From positions 1 through 54,171 of IMG/VR virus record IMGVR_UViG_3300008110_000118: a stretch of 54,171 nt of DNA. One strand, written 5' to 3'. Within the stretch, counting starts at the first letter, position 1, and each line of letters opens with the position of its first letter. A model generated the notes under the pieces. The model saw only the letters and a list, made by a program, of their open reading frames with translations. It ran no database searches and was not told where the DNA came from. Origin of the DNA: a virus (Duplodnaviria; Caudoviricetes). The position numbers were made by a program, and so were the translations under genes. Positions 1 through 8,425 of this stretch are shown here, one piece after another.

Positions 1-150
1 TTGAAGTCGTTTATCACCAGTAATCACCATATTCTCCCAATAAGAAATGGTGCAACCATCACACCCTGCATCAAGGTGAGTGTCTTCTACTGTATACCAA
101 AAACCTTCGTATTGTTGAATACGAACTTGATTGCTGATTTCAACAGTCAT
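1..150 (-). CDS. hypothetical early protein (partial, runs off the window)
   Basis: ATG at 150 with AAGGA RBS-like sequence upstream; open to the window edge (MTVEISNQVRIQQYEGFW...); lies directly downstream of the promoter element at 176-233. Confidence 0.65.
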   Translation of the reverse strand, partial: MTVEISNQVRIQQYEGFWYTVEDTHLDAGCDGCTISYWENMVITGDKRLQ

Positions 151-175
151 TTGGAGTTCCTTTGTGTATGAGGTT

Positions 176-233
176 ATTATACAACGAAACAGAGGGTGAT
201 GGAACCCTCTGTGTGCCAGTTCTTCAAGTGTCC
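176..233 (-). promoter_or_regulatory. early-type promoter element, copy 1 (palindrome + hairpin + TATAAT)
   Basis: Minus-strand TATAAT at 176-181; plus-strand GTGCCAGTT-cttc-AAGTGTCC at 213-233; perfect 8-bp stem CAGAGGGT/ACCCTCTG between them. Confidence 0.75.
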
Positions 234-454
234 TCAAAATCTCTGGGTTCTACATAAGAGTCTTCACAACCAGTATAAGCATACATTTTATTATTCATCT
301 TATACCAATCGTGATTGAGAGCATACCAGAAGGTCATACAATACCAATCATAAAATCCAAGTCCTTCATCATAAGAACCAAAGACATTAGTTTCTTCTGG
401 AACTCTCATCCAGATTTTCCAATAATCAAAGATTAGTTTAGTGAGTTTCATCAT
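224..454 (-). CDS. hypothetical protein
   Basis: 76-aa ORF, ATGA overlap with the upstream gene. Confidence 0.7.
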   Translation of the reverse strand: MMKLTKLIFDYWKIWMRVPEETNVFGSYDEGLGFYDWYCMTFWYALNHDWYKMNNKMYAYTGCEDSYVEPRDFEDT

Positions 455-1020
455 TCATCAATCCACACAAAACCCAAACAAGTTTTCATAAAGAACCTCA
501 CCAAACGATTAGGTTTATCAGGCATATAATACCTAAAATATCGTTGATTACCAATCGTATAATAACCTTTATGATTACTTCCCTGTTTGATTATAAAAGA
601 GGTTTCAGTATAAGGACTAGTATAAGCACTCAATCCAGTTGTTGTATAAGCAAGATTTAGTTTGAGTGGGAAGTTTCCATTTTTACGAGCATACTCAAAG
701 TTCTCAATAATCTTATCAAACTTATAGTCGTATCCGTTTTCAGTATATATTTTAGAATACTCAAATTGTCCCTTTGTTATTTTAATCAGTTTATCAATCT
801 TCTCATCCAGTTCTTGTTGGATTTCATCCAGAGTTTTAGGTTCTTCTTTACTCTCTTCTTCTTTTACCTGTTCGGCAGTAATCCATTCACTCCATTCTTT
901 CCAAAATTGGTCGGGAATACATCCAGGAGGAAGTTGATTTTTATACCGATACTGAAAATCTGGACGGCACATCAGTCCATTATCAACAACTCTCATTTCA
1001 ATCATTGTGATACTCTCCAA
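451..1020 (-). CDS. hypothetical protein
   Basis: 189-aa ORF in the co-oriented gene string; exact start uncertain. Confidence 0.7.
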   Translation of the reverse strand: MESITMIEMRVVDNGLMCRPDFQYRYKNQLPPGCIPDQFWKEWSEWITAEQVKEEESKEEPKTLDEIQQELDEKIDKLIKITKGQFEYSKIYTENGYDYKFDKIIENFEYARKNGNFPLKLNLAYTTTGLSAYTSPYTETSFIIKQGSNHKGYYTIGNQRYFRYYMPDKPNRLVRFFMKTCLGFVWIDE

Positions 1021-1102
1021 AGAAAAATAGAGACAGGAACCATAAAAACTGCTAGTTGGGCAACATCAATCCAAGTTTTTGGGTCAGACACACATTCACT
1101 CA

Positions 1103-1321
1103 TCAGTTTTCTCCACAATCACAATCAAAGTCAAGGTATTCTACCACAGGTTTCCTCAAATAGTTACAAAGGTGCCACTGTGCTTCTTCAAATGTAGAAT
1201 AATCACCATCCCTATATTCGTCTACAAATAGATTATACCAAAACAATCCAAATCTTTTGTGTTGTGGATAGTATCTGGTTGAGTGTCCGTCTGTTACTTT
1301 TTTGATGCGGTAGTTTTTCAT
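1103..1321 (-). CDS. hypothetical protein (YRI...PQHKRF family, paralog of 12249-12452)
   Basis: 72-aa ORF sharing YRI and PQHKRF..W.N motifs with 12249-12452. Confidence 0.7.
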   Translation of the reverse strand: MKNYRIKKVTDGHSTRYYPQHKRFGLFWYNLFVDEYRDGDYSTFEEAQWHLCNYLRKPVVEYLDFDCDCGEN

Positions 1322-1509
1322 AAATCATACGGCATTTGAGGATCTTTAGTCCAAACTTTAGAATACACTAACCATTTCTCTTGTTTATTATCCATCTCTG
1401 CTGTCCAGTGATACCCATTCTCATCCACAGCATCAAGGTAATGAATACCTTTGCGGTCATCAATCACACGAGTGACAGACACAAACTTTACTTTCTCAAC
1501 CATAATCAA
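1318..1509 (-). CDS. hypothetical protein
   Basis: ORF overlapping the next gene by 4 nt; start probably ATG at 1503. Confidence 0.65.
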   Translation of the reverse strand: MIMVEKVKFVSVTRVIDDRKGIHYLDAVDENGYHWTAEMDNKQEKWLVYSKVWTKDPQMPYDL

Positions 1510-1624
1510 TTACCGTTAATGATGTTCCAAAACTGTTTAGAATTAGCACCAGGAAGATGTGGTAGTTTTTTCTCCCAGTATCCTGTGATGTGATAATACC
1601 ATGATTTTAGCACATATGGGAGTT

Positions 1625-1945
1625 TCATACTTCACTCTCCCAGAAGTCCTTCCATTCTACCTTATACTCATCAGTCATCTCTTCAACCTCAAAACCACTC
1701 ACAATCAAATCAGGAAAACCATCTTTAACAATATAATCTGTCACATCATTTGCCAAGTATTCACCAAACTCTTCTGAACTTTTCAATTCATCAAATTCGT
1801 GTTTAGCAGGATTAAACTTCACACAGAAGGTGATTTTATATCCTTCAACACAATCCTTTGACTTACGCAATGTTTCTTTGCGTTCTTCAATTTGTTTTTC
1901 AAGTTGGTGAAGTTCTTTGTAGGAGAGTTTAGAGAGATCAGTCAT
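1625..1945 (-). CDS. hypothetical protein
   Basis: 106-aa ORF with N-terminal coiled coil, overlaps its neighbour. Confidence 0.7.
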   Translation of the reverse strand: MTDLSKLSYKELHQLEKQIEERKETLRKSKDCVEGYKITFCVKFNPAKHEFDELKSSEEFGEYLANDVTDYIVKDGFPDLIVSGFEVEEMTDEYKVEWKDFWESEV

Positions 1946-2216
1946 ACTTTGCCTCCACTTCCTTCACACGCAGTAGAAACCCATCATCACCAATATCGCC
2001 CGAATACAGATAATCAATATGTCTCATAATCTCTGCCATCTTACGCATTTTTGGTATCTGTGCTTCTAAGTAATCAACCACATCAGGATCATAGTCGTGC
2101 TTATAACCATATTCATTCACTTTATTATTATTCTCAATCGCTAATTCCAACTCATCAGCAAACTGTGCTACCTTATAGTAATCGTAACCGCAGTCACCAA
2201 AATGTCCGCCGCTCAT
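1938..2216 (-). CDS. hypothetical phage protein (MSGGHF-type N-terminus)
   Basis: 92-aa ORF, coupled to both neighbours. Confidence 0.7.
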   Translation of the reverse strand: MSGGHFGDCGYDYYKVAQFADELELAIENNNKVNEYGYKHDYDPDVVDYLEAQIPKMRKMAEIMRHIDYLYSGDIGDDGFLLRVKEVEAKYD

Positions 2217-2422
2217 TTGCCCTCCAGCTCATCAAGTTTCTCATTCATAATACCAGTCATATCAAGTGTGCGTGGATCAATACCAGCATCAGTACAATCC
2301 ATGATAAACTCCATAAATGCACCTAGAATGAGACAAGCACGGCGTTGGTCATGCTCTGTGATGGTAGTATGCGGCATAGCGACATACTTTACCACATGAT
2401 CGTAGAGTTCATCGTAAGTCAT
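2213..2422 (-). CDS. hypothetical protein
   Basis: 69-aa ORF with ATGA overlaps. Confidence 0.7.
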   Translation of the reverse strand: MTYDELYDHVVKYVAMPHTTITEHDQRRACLILGAFMEFIMDCTDAGIDPRTLDMTGIMNEKLDELEGK

Positions 2423-2592
2423 TCTTCTTCCTCACAAGGGAACATTGCATCGTACTCTTCATCCGTGAGAGTCAGATACTGAACATCAGCATCACGGTGA
2501 TCCTCAGCATACATCAGATGATAATGTGCAAAGGCAGCAGGATCAGTGCTACCATACTCAACAACACCATCAACAATACAAAGGTAATTCAT
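2419..2592 (-). CDS. small acidic hypothetical protein (57 aa, not in ORF track)
   Basis: Manual translation MNYLCIVDGVVEYGSTDPAAFAHYHLMYAEDHRDADVQYLTLTDEEYDAMFPCEEEE; ATGA overlap with 2213-2422. Confidence 0.6.
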   Translation of the reverse strand: MNYLCIVDGVVEYGSTDPAAFAHYHLMYAEDHRDADVQYLTLTDEEYDAMFPCEEEE

Positions 2593-2946
2593 CGGATGTA
2601 AAGATACTTTTTGTTTTCAATCATATGATCCAGAACCTGTGCAAGTTTCTGTTCATATGTGAGATTGTTGTGCTTCAAACACTCTGCATAAGCATCGTGG
2701 AGACGAGCATAAAGGTCATCCCAGTGAGTTTTGTCAATTGGTTTAATCATAATCAAACAGGGAAAACTTCAACGGAGCGAATGAGATTGGTGCGATCTTG
2801 TGCTAAGTAATCATCTGCAATTTTACCACAAGAAGAGCGGGATTGAATGATCTTCTCTTCAAACAGGTTCTCATCCTCATCAGGAACCCAATACTCAATC
2901 AGCATTCGGTAGGTCTTCATCAGTGATGTGCCTTGATTACCTCTGT

Positions 2947-3004
2947 ATTATACAGCAGAACACCACCCCTGTGAAGAGGTGGTGTGCCAGTTATTTAAGT
3001 GTCA
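2947..3004 (-). promoter_or_regulatory. early-type promoter element, copy 2
   Basis: TATAAT at 2947-2952; GTGCCAGTT-attt-AAGTGTCA at 2984-3004; stem ACACCACC/GGTGGTGT between them. Confidence 0.75.
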
Positions 3005-3382
3005 GTCCCAACTCACATTCTGAACCAGGAAACCAGGCATAACATAAGTCCAAGCACCAAGACCATCTGTACCACCAGTTCCACCAATTTTATACTCCCA
3101 TTTATACTCAAACTTATTGTGACTGTCCCAAGTCATATATCCTTTCTCTTTATCAAAACGTCCTTTGATTGTGAGAGAATGTTTATTAGAATAGATGTTA
3201 CGAGTCCTCAGTGCCCCACCTTTTTCACGAGTTTCGATTACTACACAGACATCAGGATAGGTTTGAATACCTTGTTCCAACAAACAAGGAGTTTCATAAC
3301 GAAATGGTCGATATGTTTGCTGTTGTGCAAATGCAGGAGCACCAGAAAGAATCAGAGCAAGAGCAATAAGTTTTTTAATCAT
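3002..3382 (-). CDS. hypothetical protein with signal peptide
   Basis: N-terminus MIKKLIALALILSGAPAFA is a classic Sec signal with AxA cleavage site. Confidence 0.75.
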   Translation of the reverse strand: MIKKLIALALILSGAPAFAQQQTYRPFRYETPCLLEQGIQTYPDVCVVIETREKGGALRTRNIYSNKHSLTIKGRFDKEKGYMTWDSHNKFEYKWEYKIGGTGGTDGLGAWTYVMPGFLVQNVSWD

Positions 3383-3385
3383 TGA

Positions 3386-3667
3386 TCAATCTTTGTCAGA
3401 GGTTTCGTCAAGTTGATAATCTGTATCTTCTCTATAATCCCATTTCCAAGTCCGTTCAATAAATCCAATATCAAAACCGAATTTATATGCCCAGAACAGA
3501 ATACTCAAAGTAGAACCAGTACCTGATTTGATTTGAATATAAGGCCAAGAAGGCCAATCATTCCAACTTACAGATGTTTGAAGCAAACTCCATCCTTTTA
3601 CATTAAGAACTTGAACATACCATTCGTGCCCAAAGTCTTCACGGTACTTAAAGTTAATAATACTCAT
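3386..3667 (-). CDS. hypothetical protein
   Basis: 93-aa Trp-rich ORF in the operon string. Confidence 0.7.
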   Translation of the reverse strand: MSIINFKYREDFGHEWYVQVLNVKGWSLLQTSVSWNDWPSWPYIQIKSGTGSTLSILFWAYKFGFDIGFIERTWKWDYREDTDYQLDETSDKD

Positions 3668-4224
3668 TTTGCTTTACCATGAATAGGACAATCACCATTA
3701 ACCCACTTACGTTCTTCAGGCATTTCTTCGTTATCCATTACAGGACACTTGCAACCTTTTTCAACTGCTTCAGAAGAACCAGGAACAAGACCTTTCCATT
3801 CATTATATGAAGTCATTGCATCCATTTCCTGATCAGTATATTGAGGATTATCAGGTTGTTCGTATCGTGAAAGTTTTGCCTTGAGATCATAGATCTCATC
3901 TTCCAACTTACGAAATTCCTTAGAATAATCTTCTGCAAGTTTAAGATCAAACTCATCTGCAATCTTACGCATATCTTCTTCACTGTGCATTTCATTGAAT
4001 GCAGTATAACAAGCACCTTTCATAATACCAACTTCATTATGACCGATTGCTCGCATAAAATTGGAGAAGAACTTGAAGAGTTGCATTGTGCTAAGATCTT
4101 CTGCAGGGATCTCCATTGTGATATGTTCTTCAGGAAGCATACTATCTTCATAACCTGAATAGTATTTGCTAGTGCTTTCCCACGCACCATCATATTGAAG
4201 TTTGATTTTAGCAGTGTAAGACAT
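3664..4224 (-). CDS. hypothetical protein with C-terminal Cys/His (Zn-binding-like) module
   Basis: 186 aa ending PGSSEAVEKGCKCPVMDN...DCPIHG. Confidence 0.7.
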   Translation of the reverse strand: MSYTAKIKLQYDGAWESTSKYYSGYEDSMLPEEHITMEIPAEDLSTMQLFKFFSNFMRAIGHNEVGIMKGACYTAFNEMHSEEDMRKIADEFDLKLAEDYSKEFRKLEDEIYDLKAKLSRYEQPDNPQYTDQEMDAMTSYNEWKGLVPGSSEAVEKGCKCPVMDNEEMPEERKWVNGDCPIHGKAK

Positions 4225-4244
4225 TTTTCTATCCGAACTTGTTT

Positions 4245-4301
4245 ATTATAAGACATCTATGAGAGAATTTGAACTTTCTTGTGCCACTTCGTCAACTGTC
4301 A
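4245..4301 (-). promoter_or_regulatory. early-type promoter element, copy 3
   Basis: TATAAT at 4245-4250; GTGCCACTT-cgtc-AACTGTCA at 4281-4301. Confidence 0.7.
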
Positions 4302-4643
4302 CACATTAAAATTAAAACTTTGTGTCCAAGGATGTTCCAGTTCTTCAACTGACCCCTTTCGGAACAAAGACTTGGTTTTTTCATCATAATAAAAGTTATC
4401 TGCGAATTCCGTTTCCAGATACTTAGTATACGAAGGAACTGGTTGAATTTCATATAAGGGAAGATAATTTATACTATAAGTATGTTTGGTAAATTCTTCC
4501 ACGTTATTGTAATATCCACAAAATCTTTTATTAAAGTTATCGTAATCTTCTCCAAATAAAGACTTATATGTTTCTACAATGTCTTTACCAAAAGTATTGA
4601 TAAGATATGATTCTGTAATATATTGATTACTCATCTGGATCAA
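4299..4643 (-). CDS. hypothetical protein, weakly ArdA-like
   Basis: FGEDYDNFNKRFCGYYNNVEEF resembles the F...Y.G.Y....EF pattern of ArdA-like proteins; start probably ATG at 4634. Confidence 0.45.
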   Translation of the reverse strand: MIQMSNQYITESYLINTFGKDIVETYKSLFGEDYDNFNKRFCGYYNNVEEFTKHTYSINYLPLYEIQPVPSYTKYLETEFADNFYYDEKTKSLFRKGSVEELEHPWTQSFNFNV

Positions 4644-4881
4644 GGTATCTAAAGTTTAATTCTTCAACAGAAATTATAACGTGTGGATAAAATTCTTTGA
4701 GATATTCCATTTCTTTTTCCGCATCACTATAATCATGATAGATTACTATCCGATCCAAATCCAAAATCTTTTGTTCGTTAAATGGAATAACAAGATAAAT
4801 TAGTTCTGTGCTAAAAAATGCACTATTTAACTTTTTTAATGGAAGAAATAGTGTTCTAAAAATTTTTTTAAACAATTTCAT
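4627..4881 (-). CDS. hypothetical protein
   Basis: 84-aa ORF coupled to def. Confidence 0.6.
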   Translation of the reverse strand: MKLFKKIFRTLFLPLKKLNSAFFSTELIYLVIPFNEQKILDLDRIVIYHDYSDAEKEMEYLKEFYPHVIISVEELNFRYLDPDE

Positions 4882-5309
4882 TGATCGGTAACAAATAATT
4901 TTCCAAAGAGATGATCTACTTCGTGTTGTATAATTCTAGCAGTTAATCCATCATACTTCAAGTGTTGATATCTTCCTTTAGTGTCTCTATATTTAACACG
5001 AATCCAAGAAGGTCTTAAAATATTTTCAAAAACTCCTGGAACACTTAAGCAACCTTCATTCATTAAAACAGTTTCTTTACTGAATTCAGTTATTTCTGGG
5101 TTGATCATTATTATAGGTGTTCCATTATTATCAACTATTATTATTTGCTTTAAAATTCCAACTTGAGGAGCAGCCAATCCAATTCCATTGTTTTCATACA
5201 TACAATCTACCATTCCCGCAAGTAGATTGCGAAGAGTGTCGTCAATATGTGCTACTCTTTTTGCCTTTTGTTTGAGAACTTTGTCTCCAATGGTTCTGAT
5301 GGTTAGCAT
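4878..5309 (-). CDS. def: peptide deformylase
   Basis: All three PDF motifs are present: GIGLAAPQVG, EGCLSVP, QHEVDHL; short C-terminus typical of phage PDFs; GGGGGAG RBS. Confidence 0.97.
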   Translation of the reverse strand: MLTIRTIGDKVLKQKAKRVAHIDDTLRNLLAGMVDCMYENNGIGLAAPQVGILKQIIIVDNNGTPIIMINPEITEFSKETVLMNEGCLSVPGVFENILRPSWIRVKYRDTKGRYQHLKYDGLTARIIQHEVDHLFGKLFVTDQ

Positions 5310-5324
5310 TAACTCCCCCCATTG

Positions 5325-5498
5325 CTATTCTTTTTTGCGATTCATAAGTTTAATGCAATCCCAACAATACGTGGAAAATCCATATTTAAAGTGTTTTACG
5401 ACTTCAAAATTGGATTCATTTAATTGCTTAGATTGTTCGCAACCTTGACAAATATATGTATCAGATTTTATCGCGTTTTTACCAATAAAGTTCAACAT
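5325..5498 (-). CDS. small Zn-finger-like protein (57 aa, not in ORF track)
   Basis: Manual translation MLNFIGKNAIKSDTYICQGCEQSKQLNESNFEVVKHFKYGFSTYCWDCIKLMNRKKE, with two CxxC motifs. Confidence 0.6.
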   Translation of the reverse strand: MLNFIGKNAIKSDTYICQGCEQSKQLNESNFEVVKHFKYGFSTYCWDCIKLMNRKKE

Positions 5499-5638
5499 AC
5501 TGTAATTTTTACGTCCTCAGCACCTTGATTTGTTACGTGTTTTTCCCAAAGAATAGCGCCTTCAAGATCCAAAAATACTGCTTTTTGTGTTGATTGGCCT
5601 TTCTTTTTGTTCTTGATGTATTCAACAGTGTATTTCAT
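5492..5638 (-). CDS. small hypothetical protein (48 aa, not in ORF track)
   Basis: Manual translation MKYTVEYIKNKKKGQSTQKAVFLDLEGAILWEKHVTNQGAEDVKITVC; fills the gap in the gene string. Confidence 0.55.
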   Translation of the reverse strand: MKYTVEYIKNKKKGQSTQKAVFLDLEGAILWEKHVTNQGAEDVKITVC

Positions 5639-5640
5639 AA

Positions 5641-5832
5641 TTACTTTTCGCTTTCTTTCAAAAGTTGAATTTTAGCATAATTGTTTCTATAAACAATAAT
5701 ACAAACATCTCTGTTCCTTTCTTCGGGAAATGACTTCACGCATAAGGTAACATATTCTTCACAAACAAATTTAATTATACCCTTGTGGGGACCGTAAGTT
5801 GCGTAAATACCCTCAGAAAAGACTTGTATCAT
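5641..5832 (-). CDS. hypothetical protein
   Basis: 63-aa ORF, ATGA overlap. Confidence 0.65.
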   Translation of the reverse strand: MIQVFSEGIYATYGPHKGIIKFVCEEYVTLCVKSFPEERNRDVCIIVYRNNYAKIQLLKESEK

Positions 5833-6287
5833 CCTTGCTCTACTTCATCAAAACCTTCTTTTGTACTTGGAATTTCAAACTCTTTAATCATTCGTTCAAT
5901 TACATCAGGAGGAATAACTTTTCCTTCTCTTTTAGTATTTCTAATTAGTGCTTCTTTTAATGAAACTCCAAACCACACTGCTTTTTTAGTGTAGTTCTTA
6001 GGGACCATTCCAAGTTTTTCCATCCGCATTTTAGCAGTTGTATTTGTTTGGTCCCAAATAATGTTTTTACCCTCTTTAATTGCATTACGAAGAACAATTA
6101 ACATTGCTCTCTGTGCAAGTTTTATGTTCTTTTGAAATACTGCGCTGTAAGATTTTTCTTGCTTTTTTGCGATTTCATCGAGGATGTCATCGCTAGAGAT
6201 TCTTACGTAGTCCTTATACTTTTTATCTTTTGAAAATGTGGATTTACCAGAAGTTGGGACACCACACAACATTATTAGTTCAGGCAT
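5829..6287 (-). CDS. P-loop kinase (AAA_33 / polynucleotide-kinase-like domain)
   Basis: Walker A GVPTSGKS near the N-terminus, ISSDD, IIWDQTN, lid R..R (IRNTKRE), P...EGF end. Confidence 0.85.
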   Translation of the reverse strand: MPELIMLCGVPTSGKSTFSKDKKYKDYVRISSDDILDEIAKKQEKSYSAVFQKNIKLAQRAMLIVLRNAIKEGKNIIWDQTNTTAKMRMEKLGMVPKNYTKKAVWFGVSLKEALIRNTKREGKVIPPDVIERMIKEFEIPSTKEGFDEVEQG

Positions 6288-6577
6288 CAGGATTTCTTTC
6301 TTTTTAATGCTTTTTTAGCACGTTTTTTAGCAGAATCTAATGCTGCTTTTGCTCCCAATTTAACAAGACCAACAATAAGAGAACCGTGGTGTTTGTTCTT
6401 AGTGCTTTTTCTTTGAGCACTCATTCTTTCTTGATAATCTGAACGAAGTTTTTCTTGCTTAGACTTAATTTCTTGTTGTTTTTCTATTGATCTTTGTTTG
6501 AAATCTTTTCCGGAACTTTCTTGTAGATTTAAAGTGAATATCTGTACGTTTTCAATAAAAAGTTTAAAAGATTTCAT
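6287..6577 (-). CDS. basic late protein, candidate internal head protein
   Basis: N-terminus MKSFKLFIE resembles the T4 capsid-targeting sequence; K/R-rich; late promoter just upstream. Confidence 0.55.
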   Translation of the reverse strand: MKSFKLFIENVQIFTLNLQESSGKDFKQRSIEKQQEIKSKQEKLRSDYQERMSAQRKSTKNKHHGSLIVGLVKLGAKAALDSAKKRAKKALKRKKS

Positions 6578-6595
6578 GTTAATATCTTTTTTAGA

Positions 6596-6602
6596 TATTT
6601 AT
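6596..6602 (-). promoter_or_regulatory. T4-type late promoter ATAAATA
   Basis: CATAAATA about 18 nt upstream of the ATG at 6577. Confidence 0.55.
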
Positions 6603-6784
6603 GAAATTGATTTATAATATGAGACAAAAATCCATTCTTGATCGAATGGTTCTTTCCCATCTAAAACAAATTCGGAAAACAATGCATCAGCATCATTAAT
6701 CATATTTTGTTGAACCAGTTCAGTCATCCTATCACACCAATGGACTTCAACATTTGCAAGAATTTCTTCTCTTGTGATGTACAT
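6599..6784 (-). CDS. hypothetical protein
   Basis: 61-aa ORF with AGGAG RBS. Confidence 0.65.
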   Translation of the reverse strand: MYITREEILANVEVHWCDRMTELVQQNMINDADALFSEFVLDGKEPFDQEWIFVSYYKSIS

Positions 6785-6964
6785 TTTGCTGTTCTCCTTG
6801 GTTGAATTAATTAGAGATCATCAAATTGATCTTGGAAATCTTTGAGAATTTTAATCTCCATTTGAAGACTAGCAATCATTCGTTCAAGTTCTTCAATTTT
6901 TTCTTGATGCTGTTGTTTGAGTTTAAACAACATATCATTGGAGTGTTTTACGTTTATTGTCATA

Positions 6965-7207
6965 TCAGGTTGTGAAACTTTCTACTACTTGAGAACTTTC
7001 TTCTTCTGCGAGAGCGAATACCCTTGCATTCAAAATATTTTCTTTTAGATCGCTGTAAAACTTTTCATAAAAGTTACCATCGTCTTCTGCAGAAATAAGA
7101 TCAAAACATTCTTCATCATCTTCTGCAATTACGTTCCAGATTCCACCATACTCACTGGAGGGAAAGGGAACGTAGTGATCAACAATGTAAAAAAACTTTT
7201 GTGCCAT
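6965..7207 (-). CDS. acidic hypothetical protein
   Basis: 80-aa ORF downstream of a sigma70 promoter; YIVDHYVPFPSSEYGG motif. Confidence 0.7.
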   Translation of the reverse strand: MAQKFFYIVDHYVPFPSSEYGGIWNVIAEDDEECFDLISAEDDGNFYEKFYSDLKENILNARVFALAEEESSQVVESFTT

Positions 7208-7230
7208 TTTTGTTTGTAAATTACCCCTTT

Positions 7231-7259
7231 AGTTTAGATGAATGCTTAATGTTTGTCAA
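7231..7259 (-). promoter_or_regulatory. sigma70-type promoter
   Basis: TTGACA-N17-TAAACT upstream of 6965-7207. Confidence 0.7.
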
Positions 7260-7606
7260 TTGCCTTTCAAATTCAATTTTCAAAGGCATCAGGTGAGAAA
7301 CGAAGAACTGTTCATATGGAAGTCCTTCGATTAGTTTTGATAGGTTATCAACTTGCATCAGAGCAAAGATGATTTTTTGTTCGTCAGTCATTTACGATTA
7401 AAAGGGAGATTCCGACTGTCAAAAGAATTCCTACAAGAATTCCAGCAGAAAATAGAATCATTTTGCGTACTTACAATTAGGATGTGGTTTAGGAAGTTCT
7501 GCACACGCTTTATCATATGCCTTGAACAATTCTGCATCACGTTTGATCATCATAACATTCCACATTAGAACGGCAATAAATGCAAAGAACCAATAATACG
7601 ATGTTT

Positions 7607-7849
7607 TCATTGCTGTTCGGTGGTTGGCATTACAAATTCGGCAACACGCTGCTCACCAGGAAGATCCTGCAGGCGATCGTACATCCGTTGAAACTGCACT
7701 CCCATCTGCATATAGTAAATAGAGAGTGCCCTGTTTTCTGCATCGTACAGAGCATCCTCCTTTTCTTGAAGAAGATCAATAAGGTCCAGCAGTTGTCCAG
7801 AGGTGAAAGTGATCGGTCCTTTCATCGGGTGGTTCCCTTGAGTACTCAC
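7607..7849 (-). CDS. hypothetical early protein
   Basis: ORF downstream of promoter copy 4; true start probably ATG at 7825 (MKGPITF). Confidence 0.65.
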   Translation of the reverse strand: MSTQGNHPMKGPITFTSGQLLDLIDLLQEKEDALYDAENRALSIYYMQMGVQFQRMYDRLQDLPGEQRVAEFVMPTTEQQ

Positions 7850-7851
7850 AT

Positions 7852-7909
7852 ATTATAGAGGCAGAACTGCCTCACTGCGGGTCCTCTGTGCCAGTTTGGA
7901 AGTTGGCAC
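7852..7909 (-). promoter_or_regulatory. early-type promoter element, copy 4 (overlaps MTase 3' end)
   Basis: TATAAT at 7852-7857; GTGCCAGTT-tgga-AGTTGGCAC at 7888-7909; stem GAGGCAG/CTGCCTC between them. Confidence 0.75.
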
Positions 7910-8425
7910 ATCCAGTTCCTCCATAATGATTTGTTTTGGTAGAAAGTTCCAGCAATAGTAACTACTGCTGAACGTGATCTTATCATTAGGACGACCATCA
8001 GGACTATGAAACTTCATCCGCTTATCAAACATCAGCAGTTGCAAATCCTTATCCTTAAACAACTGCTTGGGGGCACTATCATTCAACCAAGTGTTAGTCA
8101 TAATCAGAGCAAATGGTTTGTTGAAAGACAGTGCCCGCTCAAAGAACTTACGTTTGTTTGTGAATGGTGGATTAGAAATAATCACATCCCATTCAAAATC
8201 TGGAGTGTAAGTAAGGAAGTCTTGTCCAGTGGAAATATGAGTAGAAATAACAAGATTTTGTCTGCCAATTTGTTTAACAAACTCACTTTCTTTAGTATCA
8301 AATGGACACCAAACTTTTGCATCCTTAGGAATATACTTAAGAATTGGAGTTACACCGTAAAACGGAGTGTAACATTCGTCATTGTTACCCTCCGAGTACA
8401 TCAGTTTTCCACTATCAATCGTCAT
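7853..8425 (-). CDS. DNA amino-methyltransferase (probable N6-adenine, gamma-like order)
   Basis: DECYTP (motif X), VWCPFD (degenerate motif I), DFL, and catalytic motif IV ISNPPF. Confidence 0.8.
   Translation of the reverse strand: MTIDSGKLMYSEGNNDECYTPFYGVTPILKYIPKDAKVWCPFDTKESEFVKQIGRQNLVISTHISTGQDFLTYTPDFEWDVIISNPPFTNKRKFFERALSFNKPFALIMTNTWLNDSAPKQLFKDKDLQLLMFDKRMKFHSPDGRPNDKITFSSSYYCWNFLPKQIIMEELDVPTSKLAQRTRSEAVLPL

Noticed and set aside
213-233. Promoter palindrome as a canonical CRP or NtcA site
   Set aside because: Does not fit TGTGA-N6-TCACA or GTA-N8-TAC spacing; kept as an unassigned operator
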